A DNA stretch of 64,000 bases from Eledone cirrhosa (lineage: Eukaryota). Of the stretch, positions 38,488 through 49,600 are shown piece after piece. The position numbers and the translations under genes are program-made. Positions within the stretch are counted from its first letter, which is position 1, and each line of letters begins with the position of its first letter. The notes under the pieces are model-generated. The model was not told where the DNA came from, ran no database searches, and saw nothing but the letters and a program-made list of their open reading frames with translations. The DNA is taken from the NCBI GenBank assembly GCA_964016885.1, contig OZ024741.1, positions 141,856,001 to 141,920,000 of the forward strand, written 5' to 3'.

Positions 38488-40546
38488 CAAATGGGCATTT
38501 CTGCGTGTAAAAAAAAAGAAAAACAGAGGATGTAACAAAAAAGAAACAATTAAATATTCCCCAATAGGGGGGAGTCTTGCGAGGCACATTCGTGGTGAAA
38601 GCTCATTAAAAAAGCCTCGGTGACCCTGACCGCCAGGGCAAGTGCCCTCTGCCAGTTTTCCAACTTTAATTTACAGGCACATTTTGTTGTTTTGTTTTGT
38701 TTGTGTTTGTTGTGGGTTTGTTTCTGTTTCGCTTTTTGGTGACTTTTGTGGTGTAGGTCATGGTGGTGTTAGGGTTAATGATGGTGATGGTGTTGGTGTT
38801 TGTGGTGATGGGGTTGGTGATGCTGGTGTGGATGGTGGCATGTCTGTCCTAACTTTTTTGTTTGATAGTTTATTTGTTTCCCTCTGTATTTTGTTTTTGG
38901 AGTGGGAAGGAAGAGAATTTTTTGGGGGGGTTTCTTTTTTTCTTTTTTCCTGATACCGTTTCCCACTCCTCGTCGTCACAATCTTTCTCCAGTTGTGATA
39001 GGCCGGGGAGTGGAAAATCCTCCACAGGTGTTAGTTTTGGTTGTGGCGTGGTGGATGGTCTAGGCGCTGGTGCTAGTTCTGAAGCGTTGGGTGGTGGTGG
39101 TGTTGGTTTTGCTACTGTTGCTGGGGTTGTTGCTGTTACATGTGCTTCTGTTGTTGTTGCTACAGTTGTTGCTGTCATCTCTTCTGCTGGTGGTGCTGAT
39201 GGTTGAGTCACTGGGGTGGGTAGGAGAGGTGGCCTCAACCTTTTAGCCTGAGGGCAGAAAGCCCTTAGGTGGGTTCCTTCACCACAAATGACACACCTAG
39301 GCCTTCTGCCCTCGACAATTATGGTGAGGTGGCTGCCGTCAGTGAGGTCTATTACCTCTGGGATCTCCTCAATGCTTTTTTGGTCCGCTTGGATCAGGAG
39401 CTCCATCCCAGATCCGGACCAGTTCTCCTGCTTTTCTTTCGCTATTTCGATTATCTTGGTGTTGGCTTCAATGCCGGCGAGGACGGCAGCTATTAGCCAG
39501 GGAATTTCGATGGCCGGTGGAACGTGGGTCACCCTGATCTTTACGAGTCTCTGGCCACAATAGCTTGGGACGAGTATGAAGTCGTCACTTCTTAATGGGG
39601 CCATGGAGTGTTCTCTAGCCTCCTCTGGTGTTTCAAAGAAAACGTCCACGGTTCCATACTTCTGCCCACGTCTGATGTGGGTTTTTTTTGCCCACACATG
39701 TCCCAAAGCTTTTTGGATTTGGGACTCGGATGCCCGTTCCAGTCGGCGCAATTTTACATTAATTGTTCGATAAGACACAGTGCATAGGCGCCGATGCTCC
39801 ATTTTATTAGGTGGAGGGGGGGCTAACCCTGTACCCATCTTTCTTTACCATTTTTTTGTCTTCTAATTCCTCCTGAGTTACCTGAAATGCTTCGCACTGT
39901 TTTGCTACTCTGGCAAAACTCAGGGTGGTTTTCTTAATGTCATTGTTGCTGTTGTTGTTATCGTTATTTTTGTTATTATTAATTTTAGTTTCAGTTGTGG
40001 TGGTGGTGGCGTCAGTGGTGTTCGGTGTGGAAGAGTTCATTTTGGTTGAATTCATTTCGACATCACGAGTTAATTTATTTTTTCTTTTGTTTCTGTTGTT
40101 GCGGTGGTGGTGGGGGTGGTGGTTGTCGTGGCGGTGGTGGTGGCGGCGGCTTTAACACCTGCAGTCATTGGTAATGGCGGGAAATGAATGTCTGCCTGAG
40201 ACAAATTTAAAATATTGCTACTGCATATATTTTTAGTGTTGGCAAACGTAGTAATATTTACAATGCTGGTGTCGGTGTGAGGTGTTAGTTTGTGAGGAAG
40301 GCTCTCAGTTGCTTGGTGCAGAGGTGAGTTAGCTATGATTTTTTCAAAGAAATTTTTTGATAATAATAAAAGTTTAAATTTTGGGCACAAGGCCCCAATC
40401 TTTTGGGGTGTCCTTTTCAGATAACAATGTATGTGCACTTATATAAAGTTAACAATAAAAATTTTCCATAAATGCCAATTTTAAATAACTGAAAAAAACA
40501 AACCTTTGCGGAGCTCACGATGATACGATTTACTACGTAGGTCGCC
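38488..40546 (-). mobile_element. ORF1-only Tx1 derivative (HAL1-like half-LINE)
   Basis: 5' end abuts (AAT)n. The frameshifted ORF1 runs straight into ATGTGCCTGTAA and a Tx1-A-type 3' UTR at ~38680. No ORF2. Confidence 0.85.
38870..39838 (-). pseudogene. ORF1 core (RRM-like plus CCHC knuckle) of the half-LINE
   Basis: GQKYGTVDVFFETPEEA and CVICGEGTHLRAFC; homologous to 44332-46422. Upstream parts lie in other frames (39807-40055, 40070-40438). Confidence 0.85.
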
Positions 40547-40607
<61 letters not shown>

Positions 40608-40614
40608 TAATAAT
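40547..40614. repeat. (AAT)n spacer / target
   Basis: Same-polarity tracts also at 46636-46654, 50515-50565, 51461-51478, 57298-57321 and 60249-60299. Confidence 0.98.
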
Positions 40615-40876
40615 GATTTCTTTATTAACCACAAGGGTTTACATAAAGTAGACATTAAGGACAGTGCAGGACAATGCAGGACGGTACAAATGGGCATTTC
40701 TGCGTGTAAAAAAACAAAAACAGAGGATGTAACAAAAATAACAATGAAAATAACAATGAAAAATTCCCCAATAGGGGGGAGACTTCGGAGGGACATTTGT
40801 GGAGAAAGCCCAGTAAAAAGCCACAATGACCCTGACCACCAAGGCAAGTGCCCTCTCCCAGTTTTCCACCTTTAAT

Positions 40877-43800
40877 TTACAGATATATGCTCAGAGTAGG
40901 CCCATTCACTCGGGCCATTCTTGCTTCTCTCACCCATCTTTCAACAAAATGCTGGGAAGAGAGCACTTCCCTCTCTACTCTGATTTTCCTTTTCAAATGA
41001 AATTTGAAAAAGTCAATCAGAGCATCACCGAAGAGGTAAGTGCTCGTCTTCAGCCCTTTCAAACGTGTCCACCATACTATCTCTTTCGCCATGGCCACCA
41101 GGCAGATAAAAACTGCCTGCCCTTCCCGGCTAAAGGAGGAGGGCGGGGCAATCCTCACGATGGACTCAGATGATAGCCGGATCCGTCCTAAACGCGACAG
41201 CAGGTGTTCGACATAAACCCACAAGTCAGCAATTTTCGGACACTGGACGAGTGCGTGCAGGACGGTTTCGTCGCCCTGCGCGCATCTCGGACATGCCCGG
41301 CTGACGGCACCTCCATGTCTGTAGAGTTTATCCCGAACTGGCAAGGCTCCTCGGTAGCACTGCCAGGCCAGAGATTTCTGGAAGTTGTCCATAGGCCCTG
41401 GCCCGAAAGTTCTTCCGAAGAGATTGGCTAGTTGATTTTCGTCGACGCCTAGAGTTTCCCCAAGTACGTCGTCGCTCTTCCCCTCCACTAATCCTCTATA
41501 GAACGCCGAGGTGGAGTTTCCACCGATCACATTGCCCGATTGGTCGAGGGCTGTGAGCGCCTGAAGACATTCCAGTCTCCAGGCGCTCCCTCTCGGTCTT
41601 CGCTTGACCCAGGACTGCAGCTCCGTCAAGGAAACGAGCTGGGGAAACACGCGTCTAGCAAACGGTGACCACACCTGATCACCGTCGAGGAAGAGGTGGA
41701 GATGTCGTAGCCTGAGCGCGTGCCTGCGCATCATCAGCCACGGCATGCCCAGCCCTCCACGTAGCGGGTGTTGACAACAGATGGACCGCCTGACCATCGG
41801 AGCGCGTCCCTTCCACAAAAAGCGAAAGAGCAAACGCTCCAGCACAGTCAGGCGAGGCTTAGGACAAGGTACGACGGTCAGGCGGTAGCAGATGACGGAC
41901 GCGATGTACGCGTTAGCCACCTCCGCTCGACCTTTCAGGGATAGCTTCCTCTCGGCCCATTTCTGGGTGAGAGAAGCCACCCTGCTCGTCACCTCGTCCC
42001 AGTTTTTGTCCGTCTGGAGGTCCGGACCGAACCAGACCCCTAGCAATTTAACCGGTCCGTCCGTCCAGCGTCCGACGACGCTGTTGGACGGCATGGACCT
42101 GCCTCTCCAGGTGCCGAGCTGCAGGCCCACTGACTTTTCCTGGTTGATCATTGCTCCTGTCACCGCTTCGTATTCTCTTAGTGTAGTGCCGATCGCCTCG
42201 ATGTGTTTGGCGTTCGACACCACTACGGTGACATCGTCCGCATATGCTGATACGGATCTTCCGCATCCTAGTTCGCGCGGGGCCCCCCTCAACGTCTCCA
42301 GTTTGTGCAGTAATGGCTCGAGAGTCAATACGTACAAGAGGGACGAGAGGGGACATCCTTGGCGGACCGAGCGCATGATGTTGAACGGTTCCGACAGGTG
42401 ACCTTTCACTCTCACCACAGAGCAGATGTCGCTGTGCATGGCAGCGATCCAGCCTCTGAAGACGGGCCCAAAGCCAGCCGCCCTCAGGACTGCCGCTAGG
42501 TAACGATGGTCGACCCTATCGAAAGCTTTCGACTGATCTAAATTGATCAAGGACCCACCCGTGCCAGGTTCCCTAGCTACCCTCTCTACGATGTATCGCA
42601 TGAGGTGGAGGTTGTCGTGGATGGATCTGTCGGGAATGGCGCATGTCTGCGCCTCTCCCACCAGGCCACCAACGACAAGCGCCAACCTCTTTGCTAGCAC
42701 CTTGGCCAAAATCTTAAACTCTGTGTTTAGCAGAGTTATGGGCCGGAAATTATCTATGTTATCCCCCTTGTTCGGATCCTTTCTCAGCAGTGCCACCGCT
42801 CCTCGGCTCACAGAACTGGGAATTCTCCCGTTCTGTTGCCAGTTGCAGTAGACGTCCGCCAAGAGGCCTCCGAACAAGTCTGGCATCTGTACGTAAAGTT
42901 CATAGGGCAGACCATCCAAACCAGGCGATTTACCCCTTGTGCAGCCAGTCATTGCCTCCCTTACTTCAGCGGCTGTTATCGGCTTTTCGCAACACTTCGC
43001 CTCAGTGGCCGAGAGCCGCGGCAGTCCGTCGAGGTAGACACTAAAGTCCATCCCTCTACCCGGCCCCCCGCTGCCCCCGAACAGCTGAGCGAAGTGTCGC
43101 TGAAAAGCTTCACACATTTGCCCGGGATCGAGTAGCATGCGCCCGTCGTGGTCCACCAAAGACCGGATCGTGGCTTTGTTGCCACGACGCGCCTCCGCCA
43201 CTCGGGCCCATTGAACGGCTTTCGTCCCCTCGTGTCTGAGAGCACGCACCCTTGCTCTGACAATGCAGCCTTCGTGCTTTGCATTGAAGAATTGGTCAAG
43301 GGCCAATTTCGCCGCAAGCACGTCGGTCGCAATGCCTTTGCTAAGCGCCTCGTCTAATTTTCTAACTAGTTCTCCCTCTGCTCTATTTTTCTCTATTGCT
43401 AAAGCCTTACTAAACCTAATCGATTCTATTCTAATCGCTCTTTTCAGAGCAAACCACCACTTGTTGTTGACGATGGCCCCCGTCAACGCCCGCTTAACTA
43501 GTTCGCTAATCCGGTCTCTGTAGGCCTTGCGCGCTGGTAAGGACGCGTTTAGCTTCCAGTAGCCGGGTCCTCGTCTATGAAGCCTATCTAAGTCAAGCAC
43601 ACAGGTCACGAATTTGTGGTCCGTGTAGCTGACTATCTTGAATTGTGGACAGCCTATGCTAGACCTATCTATTTCCCTACAAAATACTCTATCTAGATAT
43701 GATCTGGATGACCCTATGCGGTTTGTCCAAGTCCACATTGGCACATTCGGGAAATCCAATCGGTACCTGTCAGACAGTTCAAAACGCCTGAGCAGGTTGG

Positions 43801-44296
43801 TGAGGCTCTTGCACCCTCCACCCCTATCCGCTAATCCCACACAGTCCCAGCGTGCATCTAAGATCCCGTTCCAGTCGCCCACTAACACTAAAGAGCGGGA
43901 CGTTCCAAGAAAGGTCTCCAGACGCCGGAAGAAATCAGGCCGCCCTGCTCCTGTCGGGGCATAGACGGCCACTAGCCTGAAAGCTTGCCCGTCTCCGCTG
44001 GTCACGTCCAGCACCACCAGCTTACCCTCTGGGTCCAGGAAGATGGCCCGTATGGCGAGATCCAAACCTCTCCTAAAAAGCACAGCAACTCCTCCACCCG
44101 ATCCAGGACGGCTGGGAGATGCGTACACATCGTAGCCGCCGAAGATCGGTGCGAAGGCCCGTGCTTCGGAGATTCTGGTCTCGCTGATGGCCACTACATC
44201 TATGTTTAGTGACCTGAGGTCGTTGAGCAGGTGACCCTGCTTCCATGACGACCCCAAGCCACGCGCATTTATGCTGCCTATTCTGAGTGAGGTCAT
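40877..44296 (-). CDS. ORF2: APE endonuclease, reverse transcriptase and CCHC (1139 aa)
   Basis: SINARGL, ISET, GDWN, SYLDRVF, YTDH; KSPGLDG, FRPITLLN, DQSKAFD, QGCPLS, YADD; CPRC..H..C. Confidence 0.97.
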   Translation of the reverse strand: MTSLRIGSINARGLGSSWKQGHLLNDLRSLNIDVVAISETRISEARAFAPIFGGYDVYASPSRPGSGGGVAVLFRRGLDLAIRAIFLDPEGKLVVLDVTSGDGQAFRLVAVYAPTGAGRPDFFRRLETFLGTSRSLVLVGDWNGILDARWDCVGLADRGGGCKSLTNLLRRFELSDRYRLDFPNVPMWTWTNRIGSSRSYLDRVFCREIDRSSIGCPQFKIVSYTDHKFVTCVLDLDRLHRRGPGYWKLNASLPARKAYRDRISELVKRALTGAIVNNKWWFALKRAIRIESIRFSKALAIEKNRAEGELVRKLDEALSKGIATDVLAAKLALDQFFNAKHEGCIVRARVRALRHEGTKAVQWARVAEARRGNKATIRSLVDHDGRMLLDPGQMCEAFQRHFAQLFGGSGGPGRGMDFSVYLDGLPRLSATEAKCCEKPITAAEVREAMTGCTRGKSPGLDGLPYELYVQMPDLFGGLLADVYCNWQQNGRIPSSVSRGAVALLRKDPNKGDNIDNFRPITLLNTEFKILAKVLAKRLALVVGGLVGEAQTCAIPDRSIHDNLHLMRYIVERVAREPGTGGSLINLDQSKAFDRVDHRYLAAVLRAAGFGPVFRGWIAAMHSDICSVVRVKGHLSEPFNIMRSVRQGCPLSSLLYVLTLEPLLHKLETLRGAPRELGCGRSVSAYADDVTVVVSNAKHIEAIGTTLREYEAVTGAMINQEKSVGLQLGTWRGRSMPSNSVVGRWTDGPVKLLGVWFGPDLQTDKNWDEVTSRVASLTQKWAERKLSLKGRAEVANAYIASVICYRLTVVPCPKPRLTVLERLLFRFLWKGRAPMVRRSICCQHPLRGGLGMPWLMMRRHALRLRHLHLFLDGDQVWSPFARRVFPQLVSLTELQSWVKRRPRGSAWRLECLQALTALDQSGNVIGGNSTSAFYRGLVEGKSDDVLGETLGVDENQLANLFGRTFGPGPMDNFQKSLAWQCYRGALPVRDKLYRHGGAVSRACPRCAQGDETVLHALVQCPKIADLWVYVEHLLSRLGRIRLSSESIVRIAPPSSFSREGQAVFICLVAMAKEIVWWTRLKGLKTSTYLFGDALIDFFKFHLKRKIRVEREVLSSQHFVERWVREARMARVNGPTLSIYL

Positions 44297-44331
44297 GTTT
44301 AAAATAGAGTGGAAAAGATGGGAAAGACCAC

Positions 44332-46422
44332 TTACCGTACTTTTGGTAGAGGAGGGATGGTTTTTACATCCCTTTTCACTTGATCGTCTGGTGAAGGGAC
44401 CGTTGAATCGTCCCTTCGGCTGGTCGTCGGCTCTTCTAAGAGAATGTCTGAATATACTCTTCGATTGATGGTTCCTCCTAGGTCCCTGAAATCACCAACT
44501 GCGTTGGGGAATTTCGTTTTAATGTTTCTGTATTGTTTCTGTGCTATTTTTAGCAGTCTTATGTTAGTTGGCGTTTTGATTGGTGCTGGTATTATGTAGT
44601 CCTGTTGTGAAATGTCTGTGTGTTCAATTATGTAAGTCATTAGTTTCTTGTTGTGTGTGTTTATTGCCGTGCATTTGTTTTTCTGGGGGTGGGGTGTGGT
44701 TCTGCTATTTTCTTGTCGTTGTTGCTGGGTGTGTGTGTTTTGTTGTTGTGTTTGCGATGTTGGTGCTTGTGGTGGTGGTGTTGAAGGTGTTGTTGGCGGT
44801 GGGGTTGTCGCCGGTGGTGATGGTGGTGCTGGTGTGGGTGGTGATGGTGTTGGTGGTGTTGCTGCTGTGGGTCTCTTTGCAGTAGACTTTACCCTTTTCT
44901 CATTTCTTTCCTCCCTTTTCAAAGGCGACGATGCGCTGCTTCTGCGTTTGTGCCTTCTTGCGACCTTTTGCCATCCCTCTCCCACCTCACACTCCATGTC
45001 TGATTCTGTAAGGTCGGGGAGGGGTACCAGCTCCACTCTTTCACTTGTTGGTGATGTTTGCACTGGAGTCTCTGTTGCAGCTGCATTTGGTATTGCTGTT
45101 GTTGTTGTTAATATTTCCACTGCTGCTGCTGTCTTTGATTTCCGTGGAGTGGGTATGGGTGCCACGGACCTATCGTTCCTGGTTGCCGCTTGTCCTGTTG
45201 CTGGTAGCCGTGGAGCCGGATTCGGAAGGAGGGGGGTTTTCTCCTTTCTCAGGGTCTTCTCGTTGCAGAAGGCCCTGAGGTGAGTCTTCGATCCACAGCG
45301 AAAGCATTTCGGGCGTTTGCCCTCAACACTTATGGGCAGTTGAGTGCCGTTATCGAAGTCTATCACATCCGGGATAGCTTCGATGCACTCCTGGTTGGTT
45401 TGGATTAGCATCTCAATGGAGGAGCCGACCCAATCTTCTCTTACTTTTTTCTGTACTTGCAGTACAGTTGTTTTGTCCTCGATTCCGACGAGGACAGACG
45501 CGGCCAGCCAAGAAGGGGTCATTCCGGGGGGGACGTGGGTCAGTTTGACCCTCACAATTTTTTGCCCGCAGTAGGAGGGCACCAACACCATTTCCTCGCT
45601 CCTTAGGGTCACTACTGATTGGGCCTTTGCCTCCTGGGGTGTGGCAAAAAGTACGTCTACGGTGGCGTATTTTTTGCCTCGGGTGATGTGCGTTTTCCTC
45701 TGCCACACAGACCCCAAGGCTTTTTGTATTTGGGCCTCTGTGGCTCTTTCCACCCTACGGGATTTTGTACTTACTGTACGGTACGTGACCGTACAGTGCT
45801 CTTGGGTTTCGAAAAAATTTTTCGCTGCCTTGCAGATTGCTCGGTGTCCGTTCTTTGTCACCATCTTCTTCGCTTCCTCTAATTCCTCATTTGTTATGAG
45901 GATTGTTTCCAAGTTTTTCGCAATACCTGCAAATGAGATTGGTTTTTCTCTGCTGTTGTTGTTGTCGTCAGAGCTGCTGGTACTTTTGTTGTTGCTGCAG
46001 GTACTACGACTACTGCCTCCGCCGCTGTTGCTGTGGTTGTTGTTGGTGTTGCTGCTGCTAATGCTGTTGTTCTTTATGCTGCTGGTGATGCTGTTGCGGC
46101 TGCTACTGTTGTTTTCATTGTCACTGTTGCTGTTGTTATTACGGCTGCTACTGCTATTATTCCTGACGTCAGACGAATGAACTGGGTTTTCGTATTTCCC
46201 GCACACCTGTTTCGTCGCTGTCGTCGTCGTCGTGGAGAAACCTTGCACGCTTTGCACGAGACTTTTCTTTTCTTTCGTCGCTTGCGAAAGAGAAGGGAGG
46301 GAGAGAGACACATTTAAAGAAGGGAGGGAGAGAGACAATCTTCTCTCTGCTGTAGTGATGATTGAGGAAGAAGAAGACGGAATGAGTGGGAGTGACGTAT
46401 GAAATTTCTTTTTCGTAGCCAT
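44332..46422 (-). CDS. ORF1: Gag-like RNA-binding protein (RRM-like plus CCHC)
   Basis: Likely start aaaacATGG (MATKKK). CFRCGSKTHLRAFC knuckle, S/N-rich N-terminus and P/T-rich C-terminus. Confidence 0.92.
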   Translation of the reverse strand: MATKKKFHTSLPLIPSSSSSIITTAERRLSLSLPSLNVSLSLPSLSQATKEKKSLVQSVQGFSTTTTTATKQVCGKYENPVHSSDVRNNSSSSRNNNSNSDNENNSSSRNSITSSIKNNSISSSNTNNNHSNSGGGSSRSTCSNNKSTSSSDDNNNSREKPISFAGIAKNLETILITNEELEEAKKMVTKNGHRAICKAAKNFFETQEHCTVTYRTVSTKSRRVERATEAQIQKALGSVWQRKTHITRGKKYATVDVLFATPQEAKAQSVVTLRSEEMVLVPSYCGQKIVRVKLTHVPPGMTPSWLAASVLVGIEDKTTVLQVQKKVREDWVGSSIEMLIQTNQECIEAIPDVIDFDNGTQLPISVEGKRPKCFRCGSKTHLRAFCNEKTLRKEKTPLLPNPAPRLPATGQAATRNDRSVAPIPTPRKSKTAAAVEILTTTTAIPNAAATETPVQTSPTSERVELVPLPDLTESDMECEVGEGWQKVARRHKRRSSASSPLKREERNEKRVKSTAKRPTAATPPTPSPPTPAPPSPPATTPPPTTPSTPPPQAPTSQTQQQNTHTQQQRQENSRTTPHPQKNKCTAINTHNKKLMTYIIEHTDISQQDYIIPAPIKTPTNIRLLKIAQKQYRNIKTKFPNAVGDFRDLGGTINRRVYSDILLEEPTTSRRDDSTVPSPDDQVKRDVKTIPPLPKVR

Positions 46423-46654
46423 GTTTTTTTGTTTAAAATGAAATTTTGGGTACAAAACCCCAATAACTGGTTATTTAACCCCGAAGGGCCAAATAACGGA
46501 CAGAAAGACCCCTCTCACGAGGAGGAGGGTGTCTTTATCAACAATTTGGTTCAAGTTTTAAACAATTTACAATTGTTTTAACGGTTAAAAATTACTATAC
46601 CTTACAGAGCCGAGCCTCCGTCAACCATGGCATTCAATAATAATAATAATAATA

Positions 46655-49600
46655 AAAAAAAAAAAAAATAAATAAAAAAAAACGAGAAAAACAAACAGAG
46701 AAAAACAAAAACAAAAAAAGAAACCCCAAAAACGTAAAGAAAATAAGAATGAAGAGAGAAGCAGGCGGACGGACAGAGAAGAGGGGGGAAAAAGTAAAAC
46801 TTAAAAAACAAAAACTAAGTCAGACATTCGAATACTACATTACAGTGAAACTTATGCTTATTCATTTTTGGGGCCCTTTCTGCCCGTGTGTTTGTTTGTT
46901 TATGTGTGTCCGTATACAGCGTGGTGATAATGCCACACAAGGGCCAAGTGGGATGGCGGATCCACAGATGGCTATGTAAACATACGTTCGCCAATCCTCG
47001 ATAAGAGTGTTTAAATATCGAACATAAACAGTTCGAATAACGGTGAAATGGAGACTAGAACGTCATGTGACAGACTCTCACCCAACAGGTGCCCCCTGGC
47101 TCAGCAGCAGGAACCTGACTGTCAACCAAATACTGCTGATGTTGGAGGAAGAAGAAGAAGGAAAGGGGCCAGAACCAACTGGACGAAAGAATTGAATAGA
47201 ACTGTTATGCAATGCTACCTGAAAAGTAACCCCAAGGAGAGGGGCTACAGGAGACGGATGCATAACATCTGGAACGAGATTGGTTTATTTAAATTAGATG
47301 AACAAAAATTGGCCGGGCAGGCTCGGGTAATAAGAACTAATGGGTGGATAAGCGAGCTGGAACTGGAGGAACTGAGCAGAGAGAATGGCTTGGAGATGGC
47401 GGGTGTAGTATGCCAGACAAGCGAGCCGGCGGGAAATGAAGGTGAGGAGGTCCTGAGAACGGAGGAACCACCCGAAGCAGACAATGATCTGAATACTGAG
47501 ATAAATAATACCTGGAACAGAGATACGGCCACTGAGGAGATGAATGCTGACGGGCTAGGACAAGATTCGGTTGACATCCTAAATTTAGTGGTAGATGAGT
47601 TGAACAATGATAGTGGGAGACCTATGAACCTAAGATTTGTAGACAGGAAAAAGTTAAAAGAAACAACAGCTAAGGTAAACAAAGTCATCCCATACCTTGA
47701 GGCGAGGAGTCTTCACCAGTGCAACAATATCCTCAAAGCAACAGCAAATACGGTGAGGAAACTACTTGGTATAAAAGCGAGAGGAAACAACAGACAAGAA
47801 AGAGCAGAGCCGTGGTGGAAGAAGCGACTGAGTGGGCAAATCGGGGAAATGAGAAATGACATAGGAAAGCTTGAGTCACTGCTGAATGGGACACTAAAAA
47901 ACATAGGCACTAAAAATAGACTGGAAATAAAATACAAAACTAGGAGTAAAAAGCTAAATATTATCATAGAGGAATTGAAGCAACGCATTGTAGCAAAGAG
48001 TGCCAAAATCAGGCGATACGAGAACAGAGTCAGTCAGTATAAACAGAACCGCATGTTCGACAACAACCAGAAGATGCTGTTTGGACAGCTTGAGGGGAAA
48101 GAAAGAGGCAACGACTTGATCCCTGGGGCGGAACAAGCTAAAACATTCTGGAGAGGAATATGGGAGCAGGATGTTAGACACAATGCCCAGGCAGGGTGGA
48201 TTGAGACAGTACAGAGGGAGATCGGTGAGCAGGCACAACAACAGACTGATTTGAGTATCACAGTTAAAACTCTTAAGGGGCAAGCCAAAAAACTAACCAA
48301 CTGGAAATCACCAGGCCCAGATGGTGTGCAGGGGTATTGGATTAAACATTTAACATCCCTCCACCCGAAGCTGACGGCCATGTTCAATGACTGCTTGGTG
48401 TCGGGTGAGGTGCCAGAGTGGTTGACAAAAGGTACCACAGTTCTGATAATGAAAGACCGAAGCAAGGGTAATGATGTTACCAACTATAGACCTATCACAT
48501 GTCTGCCCGTAATGTGGAAACTGTTGACGAGCATTGTGTCTGAGGAAATCTACCATCACCTCCACACAAACAACTTGTTACCGGACGAACAGAAACGATG
48601 CAGAAAGAAGTCACGTGGTACAAAGGACCAGTTGCTTATTGATAAGATGGTAATGGGGAATTGCAGGAGGAGACACACTGATCTTGCCATGGGATGGATA
48701 GACTACAGAAAGGCATTTGACATGGTGCCTCATTCCTGGATCACCAAAAGCCTGGAGATCTTCAGGGTGGCAGATAACATCAGACAGTTGCTGGGCAGGA
48801 GTATGGGGTCCTGGGAGACAGAGTTGACATCAACTGGAGTATCCTTGGGAAGCGTGAAGATCAAGAGAGGTATCTTCCAGGGAGATAGCCTGTCCCCTCT
48901 GTTGTTTGTCCTTGCCCTGATGCCCTTGACCATTATGCTGCGAAAAGTGAGAGCAGGATACAAGTTGGGAAGGGGAGAGCTTACCATCAATCACCTCCTC
49001 TTCATGGACGATCTTAAGCTCTTCGGGAAAAGTGAGAAGGAGTTGGATGTGCTTGTTGACACTGTCCGTATTTTCAGCAGTGATATATGTATGCAGTTTG
49101 GTATTGGTAAATGTGGAGTCATTGTGATGAGGAGGGGTAGGTTGAGCAGAAGTAACGGGATCCAGATACCAACAGGTGAGATGATAAAGGAAATTGACTC
49201 TGAGGAAGGATACAAGTATTTGGGCGTTCTGGAGGCTGATGGCATAAAGAACAAAAAAATGAAGGAATTGTTAAGAACTGAATACATTCGGAGAGTAAGG
49301 AGCGTATTGAAGTCACATCTGAACAGCAGAAATGCCATAAGCGCAGTAAATTCCCGAGCTGTGTCTATTATTAGGTACAGTGCGGGAATTCTGAGATGGA
49401 ATGTTGCTGAACAAAAAGAAATGGATAGGAAGACTAGGAAGCTATTGACTATCTACAACATGTTCCACAAGAGGAGTGATGTCGATAGACTCTACCTAAG
49501 GAGATCTGAGGGTGGAAGAGGTCTTATCAGCATAGAGGACTGTGTTCAGATGGAGAAAAACAACCTATACAAATACGTGACCTATAGTAAGGAGCCAATG

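Larger units (their letters stand above)
40615..46635 (-). mobile_element. Full-length Tx1/L1-clade LINE, family A (~6.0 kb)
   Basis: 5' UTR, intact ORF1, 35-nt spacer, intact ORF2 and 3' UTR, with (AAT)n on both sides. Confidence 0.97.

Noticed and set aside
38670-38700. Half-LINE produced by splicing from the ORF1-stop donor
   Set aside because: Its ORF1 breaks before the C-terminal region that carries the donor, so an internal deletion or template switch fits better.
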